Assembly (NCBI GenBank): GCA_048940445.1
Contig: JBHLON010000008.1
Span: 23,134 to 87,133 of the forward strand
Origin: Promethearchaeota archaeon
Lineage (GTDB): Archaea; Asgardarchaeota; Lokiarchaeia; Sigyniarchaeales; SOKP01
Reading direction: 5' to 3'
Length of the DNA: 64,000 nucleotides
The translations under genes and the position numbers were made by a program. The notes under the pieces were generated by a model. That model did not search any database. It was not told where the DNA came from and saw only the letters and a list, made by a program, of their open reading frames with translations. The stretch's first letter is position 1. Each line of letters opens with the position of its first letter. Below are positions 1 through 10,777 of the stretch, in pieces.

Positions 1-452
1 ATTTCATATTTAAAATCTTTAATTAACCGATTAGAAAAAACATAATTACTCATCTTCTCTATTAATATCTTGATTGTCTTAATATCTTTAGGATTATAAC
101 CACTTTGATATGCGAATCGTTTCAATGAATATAAGAATCGAATTGTCATATCAATATCTAACTCTGAATATCGATTCAATTCTAATGCAGGTTCAAAAAT
201 TGGTATAAATTGTCTAAAGGAAAATTGATCAAAAAAGTCTGTAAGTTCCTGATCTGCAAATTTTTCAAAATCATCCAGATTTTTTCCTTTTTCAAAGCAT
301 TTAAGAGATTCTTTCATCACAAATTCATAAAACGCGGAAGAACTCTTAAACCTCTCATCCATGGGAAAATTCTTGTGATTTTGAGTTACATATTCGTCAA
401 TTTTTTTCTTTAATTTATTCGAAATGGAAATAGTTTGTTTTATTTTTGACAT
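1..452 (-). CDS. Hypothetical protein with possible N-terminal ribbon-helix-helix (CopG-like) domain; runs off the window edge
   Basis: Not in the ORF track. Manual translation from ATG at 452 gives MSKIKQTISISNKLKKKIDEYVTQNHKNFPMDERFKSSSAFYEFVMKESLKCFEKG..., read without a stop to about position 181; the rest was not translated. The RHH call is pattern-based inference. Confidence 0.6.
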   Translation of the reverse strand, partial: MSKIKQTISISNKLKKKIDEYVTQNHKNFPMDERFKSSSAFYEFVMKESLKCFEKGKNLDDFEKFADQELTDFFDQFSFRQFIPIFEPALELNRYSELDIDMTIRFLYSLKRFAYQSGYNPKDIKTIKILIEKMSNYVFSNRLIKDFKYE

Positions 453-905
453 AACTATCAAATGCTACTATAGTTAAATTTATAAAAAGGAATACTAATA
501 TTAAAGTTACGTTTAAAACTGCTAGTTATCATAATATTTGATAATACAATTCTTTCAAAAGCAAATATTCTGTTTCATTACGACGTTATTACTTTTAAGT
601 AGATTAGGATCTTAGTTTCTTGTCCTTTGTTTATTTTGTTTCAAACGAATTCTTATCCGATCTTTTATTTTAAGCAGAAACGTACTTTTTGAATTATCGG
701 AACATAATCATTTTTTGATATATTTAATAAAATAGTTCCTGTTTTCCAGGTTCTTATCTATCATATTCATTTAAATATTAGACTAAAATATTAATTTATT
801 GTCAAAGAAATTTGACAAAATTTTTATTTTTAAGGAAGACTCCTGTCATAAAGCTAAAAGCAAGGTTTAAGGGCGAAAAACAATACAATCTTCAATAAAT
901 CGTTT

Positions 906-2528
906 TTAATTTAAGTTTTTGGATACGTAGGGACCATCAATTTTATATCCTAAGTCATAAAACCAATCTCTTGCTCCAATTCCACTAATAACTGCTAACT
1001 TTTTAGCATCATATTCATCATGAGATTCTCTTTCGGCATTTAGCATTAATAATTTGCCAAAGCCACGATGCTGAATTTGAGTATCTCTATTTGGTTTTAG
1101 ATCTTTAGGTACTAATTCTCCAACAACTCTAATTTCTCTAACGATCATAGTTTTCCCATCATTTAATTCTGATCTATGAGCAAAATCTGAAGGTTTTCTC
1201 AATCTTAGATATCCCACTAAAAAATTTTCATCCTTATTCTCATAAGATAGAAATAGCTCTTCTCCTTTTGAGGCTATATAAGCATTTCTATATAATTTTA
1301 CTTTATCAAAAGACTCTTCAGTGATAAAACCTTTTCTTTTCTTAATTCCAAATTCCCGACATCTTATACATGAGCATTTAATGTTTAATTCATGCATTCT
1401 TTTCTGAACAAATTGTCTTAAATTACTCTTTTTACAACCTGCTTCAATTAATTGAGCTGGAATATCTCTCATAATTCTTTGGATACGAACATAAGGAGGA
1501 ATATTACTTTTAATCTTAGCAATTAAGTCAATTAAATCTTCGTCAGAATAGGGTTCATACATTCCTTTTTTCCATAAATTATATAATTCAGTTCCCTTGA
1601 TAACGAGACAAGGATATATCTTTAACATATCTGGCCGAAAGTCTGGGTTCGAAAATAAAATATCGAATGCTTGAATATCTTTCGATAAATTTGATCCAAC
1701 TAAATTTGGCATCATATGAGCATTTACTTTTAAGCCTGCATCTTTAGCAATCCTTATGCTATCAATTGTATCTTGGATTGTATGACCTCTATTAATCAGA
1801 GTGTAAATTTCATTATAAACAGTTTGTACACCAATTTCTACTCTTGTCGCGCCATAATTCAAAATTCGATCGATATCAATTTCTTTACAATAATCAGGTC
1901 TGGTCTCAATAGTTAAGCCTATTAATCTTCTCTCAGATTTTTCTGCAAATTTTTTCGCTTGGTCTAACGATTTAGTCTTCCTATTAATTAAACCCTCATA
2001 GGCGCCCTTAATAAATTCTTCTTGATATTTAATATCTGTTGATAAAAATGTTCCTCCCATAATAACTAATTCAATTTTATCAACATTATGACCAATGGCT
2101 TCTAAATCATTAATTCTACTTTGAACTTGCTTAAATGAATCATAATCATTGTAGATTGATCTCATAGCTGCAGGTTCTTTCCCCGTATAAGATTGTGCAA
2201 CTTTCTGCCCAGGTTGCGACTCTTGACCAGGACAATATATACAAGTTCCAGGGCAGGGAAGCGGTTTTGTCATGATTGCAATAACAGATACACCAGATAA
2301 GGTCCTGGTTGTTCTCCTTTTTAATAGTCTAGTTATAATTTTCTTCTCTTCTTCAGTTGAGTAGTCTAGGATTGTAGCATTTTTGATAACACCCTTATAT
2401 TCAAATTTTTTAGCAAATCTTCCTTTAATATTAGTAATTTTTTCTTTTGGAGTCAGTGGATGTTGAAGAAGGTAATCAATAGTCGCTCTTGCTATCTTCT
2501 TTACTTTCTCAATTTTAAACGCTTCCAT
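906..2528 (-). CDS. elp3: Elp3 tRNA U34 carboxymethyltransferase (radical SAM + GNAT)
   Basis: CPGTCIYCP, QSYTGKEP, GGTF, ETRPD, LKIYP, QHRGFGKLL, ISGIGAR motifs. Confidence 0.96.
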   Translation of the reverse strand: MEAFKIEKVKKIARATIDYLLQHPLTPKEKITNIKGRFAKKFEYKGVIKNATILDYSTEEEKKIITRLLKRRTTRTLSGVSVIAIMTKPLPCPGTCIYCPGQESQPGQKVAQSYTGKEPAAMRSIYNDYDSFKQVQSRINDLEAIGHNVDKIELVIMGGTFLSTDIKYQEEFIKGAYEGLINRKTKSLDQAKKFAEKSERRLIGLTIETRPDYCKEIDIDRILNYGATRVEIGVQTVYNEIYTLINRGHTIQDTIDSIRIAKDAGLKVNAHMMPNLVGSNLSKDIQAFDILFSNPDFRPDMLKIYPCLVIKGTELYNLWKKGMYEPYSDEDLIDLIAKIKSNIPPYVRIQRIMRDIPAQLIEAGCKKSNLRQFVQKRMHELNIKCSCIRCREFGIKKRKGFITEESFDKVKLYRNAYIASKGEELFLSYENKDENFLVGYLRLRKPSDFAHRSELNDGKTMIVREIRVVGELVPKDLKPNRDTQIQHRGFGKLLMLNAERESHDEYDAKKLAVISGIGARDWFYDLGYKIDGPYVSKNLN

Positions 2529-2565
2529 TAAAATCAGACGTAATTATTAGAAAATTTAAAATCTA

Positions 2566-3417
2566 TTAGATAAATATTTTTTTTCCGGTGAAGTCTCTCT
2601 TAAATTTACCAAAATCATCTATTTCTCTTAAAATTTTCGAATTGAAAATTGGGCCGTCTTTACATACTAATAATCCTAAGGGATCAAGAGCACACAAACC
2701 ACAAAGACCACAACCACATCTCATATTTCGTTCTAAACTAGCCTCTAATTCTATGTTATATTTCTCGCAAATTTGAAATATTTTAAATAACATTATTTCA
2801 GGTCCACATGCATATACTTTTAGATTTACTAAATCAGATCTTAAACGCTTCTTAATTAGATTATTGAATGTATCAGAAGCTAATCCTTCTAATCCGAAAC
2901 TCCCATCATCAGTACAATAAAAGATTTCGGCATAATCATTATCTAATGTATTGAAATCATCAATAAATATTACTTCTTCACCAATTTTTGCTCCCTCAAT
3001 TATTATGGTTTTAAGTTTCTTTTTTGATAATTCAGAGGCAAGATATTTAAGTGGAGCAATCCCAAAGCCTCCCCCGATCAAAATTGAAAGCGTAGATCTT
3101 TCTTTTGGTAATTTGAAAGAGTTTCCGAGAGGTCCTCTGACTCCTATGAAGTCCCCTTCATTTAGATTATGAATAGCATTAGTACATTCTCCAACATTTT
3201 TTACGGTTATAGCCCAATTCCCATTTTCATCACATCCAGATAAAGACATTGGGACTTCATCAACTCCGGGAACCCATATCATCACAAATTGACCAGCTTG
3301 TGGTCTAATATAGTTAGGAGGGGCAATATCTTTTATATTAAATTCTAAAGTTTTAATTCCTGTACAATGTGTTTTTATTCTTTTAACTTTAACTGTTTGG
3401 ATAATATTTTCACTCAA
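2566..3417 (-). CDS. pyrK: Dihydroorotate dehydrogenase electron transfer subunit
   Basis: GQFVM, RGPLGN, GGGFGIAP, CGPE, MRCGCGLCGLC...CKDGP; adjacent to pyrD. Confidence 0.93.
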   Translation of the reverse strand: MSENIIQTVKVKRIKTHCTGIKTLEFNIKDIAPPNYIRPQAGQFVMIWVPGVDEVPMSLSGCDENGNWAITVKNVGECTNAIHNLNEGDFIGVRGPLGNSFKLPKERSTLSILIGGGFGIAPLKYLASELSKKKLKTIIIEGAKIGEEVIFIDDFNTLDNDYAEIFYCTDDGSFGLEGLASDTFNNLIKKRLRSDLVNLKVYACGPEIMLFKIFQICEKYNIELEASLERNMRCGCGLCGLCALDPLGLLVCKDGPIFNSKILREIDDFGKFKRDFTGKKIFI

Positions 3418-4339
3418 GATCAGGAACCTCCTGGACTTTCCACTTATGAGCTAAACCAATTAAATTGTCGATATGACTTAAATTTTCTCTCTCCAGATAC
3501 TTAATAAGATTTTGATTCATTTGAGAAATAAAGTCAAATCCTTGATATAATGCTGTTCCAATTTGAAATGCTGATGCTCCAGCTAAAAGGAATTCTGCAG
3601 CATCTTTCCAATTATAGACTCCGCCACATGCAATTATAGGAATTTTCAATACTTTATAAAGATCATATACAATTTTTACAGCAATTGGGTGTATGCCCTT
3701 TCCTGACATCCCTCCACTTCCATGAGAGAGAATAGGGCCTTTTACGTTAATATCAATTACCATTGCATTTACTGTGTTAATTGCTACTACTGCATCAGCT
3801 CCGGCTTTCTCGGCTGCGAGAGCAATTTCATTAATATCAGTTACATTTGGAGTCAACTTTACAAATATAGGAATATCAATACTTTCCTTTAACTCCGCAA
3901 CTAATGAATGAGTTAAATTTTTATCAATTCCAATAGAACAAACTTCTGCATGTGGACAAGAGATATTCAACTCTAAGGCATCTGCTCCAGCCTTTTCAGC
4001 TTTTAATGCAACTTCTAAGTAAGACTCAATGGTTTCTCCAAAAATACTTACAATCAAAGGAAATCCAAGCAATTTAATTTCTTCGATCTCTCTGATGAAA
4101 TTGTCAATTCCAGGATTCGCTAGCCCAACACAATTTAAAAATGTTCCAGGTGATATTTCAATAATTGATGGATTCTTATAACCCTTTCTAGCTTTAGGAC
4201 CAATAGATTTAGTTGTTATTGCTCCTATTCCAGCATTAATTACTCTCTTCATAGTAGAAAATGAAACTCCTAAAATGCCAGAAGCCAAGATTATAGGAGT
4301 TTTTAAATTTAAATCAGAAATATTAACTTCAAGCATCAC
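3410..4339 (-). CDS. pyrD: Dihydroorotate dehydrogenase family 1B catalytic subunit
   Basis: LASG, TTKS, NCVGLANPG, ELNISCPH, VKLTPN, GGMSG motifs. Confidence 0.95.
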   Translation of the reverse strand: MMLEVNISDLNLKTPIILASGILGVSFSTMKRVINAGIGAITTKSIGPKARKGYKNPSIIEISPGTFLNCVGLANPGIDNFIREIEEIKLLGFPLIVSIFGETIESYLEVALKAEKAGADALELNISCPHAEVCSIGIDKNLTHSLVAELKESIDIPIFVKLTPNVTDINEIALAAEKAGADAVVAINTVNAMVIDINVKGPILSHGSGGMSGKGIHPIAVKIVYDLYKVLKIPIIACGGVYNWKDAAEFLLAGASAFQIGTALYQGFDFISQMNQNLIKYLERENLSHIDNLIGLAHKWKVQEVPDLE

Positions 4340-4403
4340 TATTATAACTTAAGGAAATATTATTATTATTATTATTTAAGAAAATTTGTAGCAGAACACT
4401 ATC

Positions 4404-5603
4404 TTGAAAATGAAATGTTTTATAATAGATACGTTTATTGGAATATTTGCTACTGATGAAACTGATAATATCCTAAGCTATATTAATGTTAATAATGAAG
4501 ATAAAACTATTGAATTTTATCAATTATTAGATAATAAGACTATTTCTAATGATTTTAAGGCGTTTATAAAAGAATTAAAAAATTCTGGATTTAATTATTT
4601 TGTGTTTGATAATGCAAGATTGGAAGAAGTAGTAGCCCAATACTTAGATTATCAGACTTTGTTAGATATCGAAGCCCTTGAATTCAGAAATTTTCGTTTT
4701 AGCTTGAGTAAAAACTTAAATAAGGTTGGAATCAATATTTCTGAAAAGAATGTTCTCAATAAAGTAAAATCTATTGAAGAGCAATTAATTAAGAAGAAAG
4801 TTAGTATTCTAGGGGCTCAAAATGATATCATCATAATGCGTACTATTGATACAATAGATACTATTAAAAAATCTATTAGTTTATATTCCAATCGACTCAG
4901 AGAATGGTATGGATTACATTTCCCAGAATTAACTGATAAATTAGTTGAAGATAATATAGTTATCGCGAAATTAATTAGTACTTTAGGAGATAGAAGTAAT
5001 TTTACATTTGAAAAAATAGGTACTCATTTTGAATTCGGAGACGAGCACATAAAGATGTTAGTGGATTTAACTTCAAGGTCAATGGGTTCTAAAATTGATT
5101 TAGATATTGTTCAAAGTTTTGCAGAACAAATAATACAACTTGATCGTTTTAGAGAACAATTGGAGGAATATTTAGAGAGCTTAATGCGCTCAACCGTTCC
5201 TAATCTTAATGCTTTGGTAGGAAGTTTAGTTGGAGCTAAATTAATAGCAAAAGCAGGAAGTTTGAAAAAATTAGCATTTATGCCAGCATCTAGGATACAA
5301 ATTTTAGGTGCAGAGAAAGCCCTATATCGGTTTTTAAAATCTGGTGAAAAAAGACCAAAACATGGACTGATATATCAGTGGAATGTCATTAGAGGAAGCA
5401 AACAATATCTTAGAGGAAAAATCTCAAGATTAATTGCTGGAAAAATCGGTATTGCTAGTAAAGTTGATTATTTTAATGGAAAGTATATCGGAGAAGAATT
5501 GGCGAAGGAAGTAGAAGAAAAAGTGAAAGAAATAGAAAAAAAATATCCTAAGAAAACTGAAACTAAAAAAAAGTCAAAAAAGGTTAAAAAAAGAAAGAGA
5601 TAG
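4404..5603 (+). CDS. nop5: Nop5 (Nop56/58) C/D-box sRNP protein
   Basis: LREWYGLHFPEL, PASRIQILGAEKAL, PKHGLIY, K-rich tail; precedes fibrillarin. Confidence 0.95.
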   Translation: MKMKCFIIDTFIGIFATDETDNILSYINVNNEDKTIEFYQLLDNKTISNDFKAFIKELKNSGFNYFVFDNARLEEVVAQYLDYQTLLDIEALEFRNFRFSLSKNLNKVGINISEKNVLNKVKSIEEQLIKKKVSILGAQNDIIIMRTIDTIDTIKKSISLYSNRLREWYGLHFPELTDKLVEDNIVIAKLISTLGDRSNFTFEKIGTHFEFGDEHIKMLVDLTSRSMGSKIDLDIVQSFAEQIIQLDRFREQLEEYLESLMRSTVPNLNALVGSLVGAKLIAKAGSLKKLAFMPASRIQILGAEKALYRFLKSGEKRPKHGLIYQWNVIRGSKQYLRGKISRLIAGKIGIASKVDYFNGKYIGEELAKEVEEKVKEIEKKYPKKTETKKKSKKVKKRKR

Positions 5604-5622
5604 ACTCAATGGGGTAATAAGT

Positions 5623-6309
5623 GTGAGTGACATTGAAATCCGGAATCATCCAAGATTTGCTAATGTGTATATTTCTGGTCAACCTAACAGCTTGAAATTA
5701 TATACTAAAAACTTAATTCCTGGTAATAGGATATATGGAGAGAGGCTAATAAGTTATAAAGGTGCTGAGTATAGAGAATGGGACCCCTTTAGAAGTAAGT
5801 TGGCAGCTTTCTTACTAGAAAATCCAAGTATTGATCTGTTTAAGAATGATCTAAAATGCTTATATTTAGGAGCATCATCTGGAACTACAATATCTCATCT
5901 ATCAGACATCCTAGATAAAGGAATAGTCTTTGGGGTGGAAGTAGCCCCCAGAAGTATGAGACAACTTATCCAAAATACTTCAAATAGGAAAAATCTTGTT
6001 CCTATTTTAGGAGATGCAAATTTTCCAGAGAAGTATGCTAAATCTATTTTTTCTGAAATTGATTTAATCTATCAAGATGTTGCTCAACCAAATCAGGCTG
6101 AAATAGCGATTTCGAACTGTAGATATTACTTAAAAGAAGGAGGATATTTAATAATGGCGATAAAGTCCCAATCAATTAGTAGTGTACAAAAATCAGAAAA
6201 GATTTATGCAAGAGAACAAGAGATTTTAGAAAAAGCAGATTACAAAGTAATCAGTAAAGTTAATATTCATAAGTATGCTGCTAATCATATTATTTTGATT
6301 TTAAAATAG
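5623..6309 (+). CDS. flpA: Fibrillarin rRNA/tRNA 2'-O-methyltransferase
   Basis: YREWDPFRSKLAA, LYLGASSGTT, DVAQPNQ. Confidence 0.96.
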   Translation: MSDIEIRNHPRFANVYISGQPNSLKLYTKNLIPGNRIYGERLISYKGAEYREWDPFRSKLAAFLLENPSIDLFKNDLKCLYLGASSGTTISHLSDILDKGIVFGVEVAPRSMRQLIQNTSNRKNLVPILGDANFPEKYAKSIFSEIDLIYQDVAQPNQAEIAISNCRYYLKEGGYLIMAIKSQSISSVQKSEKIYAREQEILEKADYKVISKVNIHKYAANHIILILK

Positions 6310-6310
6310 A

Positions 6311-7018
6311 TCATAACAGATAATCCGTAATTTTTTTCATATAAATTGTTTCATTTAATAACTTTCTTGTAGTATCCCAAGTTTTTCGAGCAATAGAAGG
6401 GGGTTTTTTATTTTTTACTATCCACTCTCTCAGAAAATTAATAGTTTTAGTATCAGAGGGATATCCAGATCCAAAATCTCCATACTTTTCTCTTAAATTT
6501 CCAATTAAATTGTCTCTAATCTCTTTTGCAATAATGGAACTAGCCGACACAATAGGATATATGTCGTCTGCCTTATGTTTCGAGATAACTTTAGTGGGTT
6601 TAAAATCTAATAATTTTTTTATCGAATCTCCAAACCTTTTTTCATTTACATCAACTGCATCCACTATTATTATATTTGGTTTTAATTCATTGATTATCTC
6701 AATATATTTAAGTAACTCCAATCTATTGAGAGTAAAATGACTTTTTACTCTATTATCAATTTCTTTAGCACTTATTATTTTAACTTTCAAGGAATAGCAT
6801 TTTCTTTTAATAATTTGTGCAAGTTCAATTCTCTTTGAGCTAGTAAGTTTCTTAGAATCTTTTACTCCAATCTTACTTAGAATCTCTAAATCAAATGATG
6901 GAAAACATACACCACATATTACCATAGGCCCCAAGACTGGTCCTCTCCCTGCCTCGTCGATTCCACAAACTAATTTACAATTCTTGGATAACTTCAATAA
7001 ATTCCTCTTCATCATCAA
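6311..7018 (-). CDS. rnhB: Ribonuclease HII (true start may be slightly downstream)
   Basis: GIDEAGRGPVLGP, DSKKL, HKAD, SAASI-like SASSIIAK, GSGYPSD. Confidence 0.95.
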   Translation of the reverse strand: MMMKRNLLKLSKNCKLVCGIDEAGRGPVLGPMVICGVCFPSFDLEILSKIGVKDSKKLTSSKRIELAQIIKRKCYSLKVKIISAKEIDNRVKSHFTLNRLELLKYIEIINELKPNIIIVDAVDVNEKRFGDSIKKLLDFKPTKVISKHKADDIYPIVSASSIIAKEIRDNLIGNLREKYGDFGSGYPSDTKTINFLREWIVKNKKPPSIARKTWDTTRKLLNETIYMKKITDYLL

Positions 7019-7979
7019 TTTCTTCTAATTCTTTTACCTTGATAATTGGGATCTTTTCCTTCATTAAATCGTCAGATATTTTGATGTTATCGTTAATGAT
7101 GAAAAGGGCATTTTTATGAAATAATTTTGTGAATGTACGGAGGCATTCAACAATAGATTCATTAATTTTTCTTTGATCTTCTGTTATGCCTGAAAATATG
7201 GGATAAAAATTTGATTTTTGGTTGTCTTTTGAAATTTGTGAGTATAGAGACAATTGAAAGGGGATAGGTCCTTTTTTATACCAATAAGTACAAATACCAA
7301 TATCGTTAATAACCTCTTGTATATGAAACTCAAAAGGTGATAGATAACTCTCTTCTATATTTTCTTTATTATCTAAATCATATTTGATGGGCCAATCAAA
7401 AATATTAATTCTTTTAAAGATATCATTACTTTCTAGTATATCGGATATTTTTTCAGCAATTTTTTCAGAAGGACGTAAGCTTTCATTCTCATAGGAATAT
7501 ATTGTCCTCTTAGCTATTCCCAGCTTCTCAGATAATTCTTTTCGACTGATAGAATGTTGTTCTCTAAATTCTTTCATCAGAGATCCATTTAGAAAAACCA
7601 CCCCTCCACCACGTTTAGCCAAAATATACGGATATCTATTCCTGTTTAAAATATTTTCCAATGTATTTGAGGTTATAAAAGGTAATCCTTCTCTAATGTA
7701 AATAGTATTATCTTCTAATTTTTGGTATCTATTTCTAACACCAATCAGTAATGGTTTAGACTTCAACAATAGAGAGAGAGATTTTATATCATTAATAATT
7801 TCTGAGCTAATATTATCAATATTTGAAATCAATTTTACACTAAAAATTGAAGATTCTTTTTTTACTAATATATCAAAGCAGAATTTGCTTTTTTTGTTAG
7901 AATACTCATCTAAAAATAAAGTTTCAAAATCAGCTTTTTTTAATATTTCATTTATTTTGCTCAGAAGTGTTTCAGTCAT
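6975..7979 (-). CDS. Archaeal HTH (Cro/C1-type) transcriptional regulator, COG1395-like
   Basis: N-terminal CFDIL domain, RGGGVVF, then HTH ISRKELSEKLGIAKRTIYSYEN. Confidence 0.8.
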   Translation of the reverse strand: MTETLLSKINEILKKADFETLFLDEYSNKKSKFCFDILVKKESSIFSVKLISNIDNISSEIINDIKSLSLLLKSKPLLIGVRNRYQKLEDNTIYIREGLPFITSNTLENILNRNRYPYILAKRGGGVVFLNGSLMKEFREQHSISRKELSEKLGIAKRTIYSYENESLRPSEKIAEKISDILESNDIFKRINIFDWPIKYDLDNKENIEESYLSPFEFHIQEVINDIGICTYWYKKGPIPFQLSLYSQISKDNQKSNFYPIFSGITEDQRKINESIVECLRTFTKLFHKNALFIINDNIKISDDLMKEKIPIIKVKELEEIDDEEEFIEVIQEL

Positions 7980-8091
7980 TAAATCCCATTATTAAAAAAT
8001 TTAGCGGCTATAAAAATCTTTATTATTATTATGTATTTGATATTAATTAATTTGATTATATAACTAAAATTTATATATAATTTTATAATTT

Positions 8092-8637
8092 TTATTTGGT
8101 TATAAGTTTAAGAACGTCAGAATCTGTAATTATTCCAACATATATATCATTTTTTTTTACAAGGATAGCAGGATAATTACTTAATAAATTTGAAATATCC
8201 TTTGCATTCCAATCAACTTCAACTTCTGGAAAAGGTAGTTCTTTTAGAAGAGAGATATCCATATTTAAGATTTCTGGTTTATCTGTGATCTCTTTTTGTA
8301 TCTTTTTAGAGGTTATACTGCCAAGATTTTGCCCATTCTCTATTATTGGGAGTTGTGAAATGCTATTTTCGTACATTAATTCTATAGCTTCTTTAATTGA
8401 TGATCTAGGTCTTATTGATATTATTTTCTTTGTCATAATATCCTTCGCAATCATTTCAGCTTGGGACTTTTTCATAGTTTCCCTCTCTAAAAATTCATAA
8501 ATGACTTTGAATTTCGAATAGGGAGGATCCATGCTCCCATTTTCTATTCTCGAAATTGTGGACTGGGGAATTCTTAATTTTTCTCCCAGTTCTTTTTGGC
8601 TAATATTTAGACTTTTTCTTAAATACTTAATAGTCAT
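8092..8637 (-). CDS. XRE HTH + CBS-pair transcriptional regulator
   Basis: ISQKELGEKLRIPQSTISRIENG HTH; AKDIMTK, ISQLPI, VGIITDSD CBS motifs. Confidence 0.9.
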   Translation of the reverse strand: MTIKYLRKSLNISQKELGEKLRIPQSTISRIENGSMDPPYSKFKVIYEFLERETMKKSQAEMIAKDIMTKKIISIRPRSSIKEAIELMYENSISQLPIIENGQNLGSITSKKIQKEITDKPEILNMDISLLKELPFPEVEVDWNAKDISNLLSNYPAILVKKNDIYVGIITDSDVLKLITK

Positions 8638-8694
8638 ATAATCTGGTAAAATTGTTCTCTACCTAATGCATAAAGTTTTTTTACTATAATTTTA

Positions 8695-8711
8695 AAGCAT
8701 AATAAATGCTT
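8695..8711. promoter_or_regulatory. Palindrome AAGCAT-N5-ATGCTT, candidate operator between divergent HTH-CBS and mat genes
   Basis: Inverted repeat seen directly, with further ATGCAT at about 8666 and 8715; function inferred. Confidence 0.35.
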
Positions 8712-8808
8712 GAGATGCATTTTTTTTTTAATAATTATTATATTTGATTATGAATTTAAATTTATACTATATTAATTGTTAAAGTAAATTTTAATTTGGT
8801 TATGTAAT

Positions 8809-10056
8809 ATGTTGAAAGTTAATCAGCTTGATCTTAAATTTGCTGTTGAATATTCTGAATTTCCGGAGATTTGCGAAAGAAAAGGAGTTGGACATCCAGA
8901 TAGTGTATGTGATGCGATTGCAGATGCTTGTTCGAGGGCATTATGCTTATATTACTTAGATAAATTTGATCGTGTTTATCATCATAATGTTGATAAAGCA
9001 GCCTTGGTTGGTGGTGTAGCTAAACCAGAATTCAATGGAGGCCAAATGATTCAACCACAATATTTTTTAATTGTGGGAAGGGCTATAAATCAAATTCTTA
9101 CCGAATGTGGTCCAAATCAAAATAGGTTAGATTATATTCCAGTTGCTCCAATTTGTCTTGATACGTCGCGTAAAATTATGGGTGAAATTTTTAGAAACCT
9201 TAATTTGGATAAACATATTCAATTTGACTATGCGGTAAGACCTGGTTCAGTCGATTTAACTGGTGTTTTTGATGAATCTCATCATTCTGAAGAAGTTCCT
9301 CTTGCAAATGATACAAGTTTTGGGGTGGGTTATGCACCATATTCAGATGCAGAAAGAGTAACTCTTGAAACAGAAAAATTGATCAATTCAGATAAATTTA
9401 AAGATAAATGTAGAGCATCTGGAGAAGATATAAAAGTTATGACAGAGAGGGTTGGTAATAAAGTGGGGATTACGGTAGCTGCTGCTATGGTAAGTAAATA
9501 TATCGATGATATTGATGATTATATTAATAATGTTAATCAAATTAAAGATGCTGTACTAGATCTAGCGACTAAAGTTATTCCAGAGAGAGAAGTATCGTGT
9601 CAAATAAATGTTGCTGATATAATAGAGAAAAATTTAATCTATCTTACAATAACTGGAACATCAGCAGAATCAGGAGATGATGGGGAAGTGGGAAGAGGAA
9701 ATCGTTCAAATGGATTAATTACTCCATGTAGGCCAATGAGTCTAGAGGCGGTATGCGGTAAAAATCCAATAAATCACGTTGGAAAAATATATAACGTTGC
9801 AGCGACAAATATCGCTCGAGAGATTTACAAGAGGGGTGAGGGTGATATTATTGAATGCCATGTTAAACTTTTATCTCAAATAGGACGACCAATCACAGAT
9901 CCTTGGGTAAACTCTATAACATTAATTCCTGCAAATAATGTGAACTTTTCAAGTATCGAAAAAATAGCAAAAGAAGTATCTGAAGAATTTCTATCAAAAG
10001 ATTCACTGATTAAATTAAGAAAAAGATTGATTGCTGGCGAAGAACAAGTCTTTTAA
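8809..10056 (+). CDS. mat: Archaeal-type S-adenosylmethionine synthetase
   Basis: [59 protein letters not shown]. Confidence 0.96.
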   Translation: MLKVNQLDLKFAVEYSEFPEICERKGVGHPDSVCDAIADACSRALCLYYLDKFDRVYHHNVDKAALVGGVAKPEFNGGQMIQPQYFLIVGRAINQILTECGPNQNRLDYIPVAPICLDTSRKIMGEIFRNLNLDKHIQFDYAVRPGSVDLTGVFDESHHSEEVPLANDTSFGVGYAPYSDAERVTLETEKLINSDKFKDKCRASGEDIKVMTERVGNKVGITVAAAMVSKYIDDIDDYINNVNQIKDAVLDLATKVIPEREVSCQINVADIIEKNLIYLTITGTSAESGDDGEVGRGNRSNGLITPCRPMSLEAVCGKNPINHVGKIYNVAATNIAREIYKRGEGDIIECHVKLLSQIGRPITDPWVNSITLIPANNVNFSSIEKIAKEVSEEFLSKDSLIKLRKRLIAGEEQVF

Positions 10057-10128
10057 AATACTTCGGAATTAAATTTAATTATTTATTCTTTTTATTTAAT
10101 ATAAAAATTAGAAAATTGTGAAAGTTAT

Positions 10129-10407
10129 TTGAGCTTGGAAAGATGGCTAAAACCGGGAAAAAAAGGTGATAAAAGTGAAGAGAAACAGAACAAGCCCGAA
10201 GAAAAAAGTGAAAAGGATGAAAGGAATACTAATGCAACATTGAAACAAAAACACGAGTTTGAAAAGCCAGTAGCTGTAAGAATAATTAAATTTAAGCTAG
10301 AATGTCCTAAAAGCACATGCAAATATAAAAAAACAATCATTAAAAAAAATTTAGAAGACAAGGATAAGATTTGTCCTAGATGTAAAAGTAAAATGAACGT
10401 TAAATAA
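10129..10407 (+). CDS. Small zinc-ribbon protein
   Basis: CPKSTC...CPRC; charged N-terminus. Confidence 0.65.
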   Translation: MSLERWLKPGKKGDKSEEKQNKPEEKSEKDERNTNATLKQKHEFEKPVAVRIIKFKLECPKSTCKYKKTIIKKNLEDKDKICPRCKSKMNVK

Positions 10408-10415
10408 AGCATTTG

Positions 10416-10637
10416 TTAAGCTTCTATTGGTTCAAGAGTTACAAGATCAAAACGAGTCTCACAATTAGGGCAGCGATCTTTTTTTTTTAAATATTTTAAT
10501 AGAAGATAAACGAAAAATCCCAGTCCACAGGTAAGAATAACCATAAAGAATAAAAGTTCATGATATAAACGATTAAAATTTTTCCTTCTTAATTGCACTT
10601 CACGTTCACATATTGGGCAATATACTTTTCTACTCGT
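10416..10637 (-). CDS. LITAF-like membrane-associated zinc-ribbon protein (probable ACG start at 10637)
   Basis: The frame extends upstream of the tracked GTG: ACG-SRKVYCPICEREVQL...hydrophobic segment...DRCPNC. The first CxxC lies upstream of the tracked start. Confidence 0.6.
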   Translation of the reverse strand, partial: TSRKVYCPICEREVQLRRKNFNRLYHELLFFMVILTCGLGFFVYLLLKYLKKKDRCPNCETRFDLVTLEPIEA

Positions 10638-10777
10638 TTAAACTCACTTCTTTATACTCTTTTAAATTTATAAATAAATAAAATGATTAGTGATTAATTT
10701 AACTTTTGAATATGACGGTTTTTACTGTAAAAAAATAAGTCAGTGTTTAATACATAATCAAGGAGTGTTTCTGATTT

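Noticed and set aside
530-770. Possible minus-strand small ORF or gene remnant
   Set aside because: Only short frames with stops; nothing recognisable.
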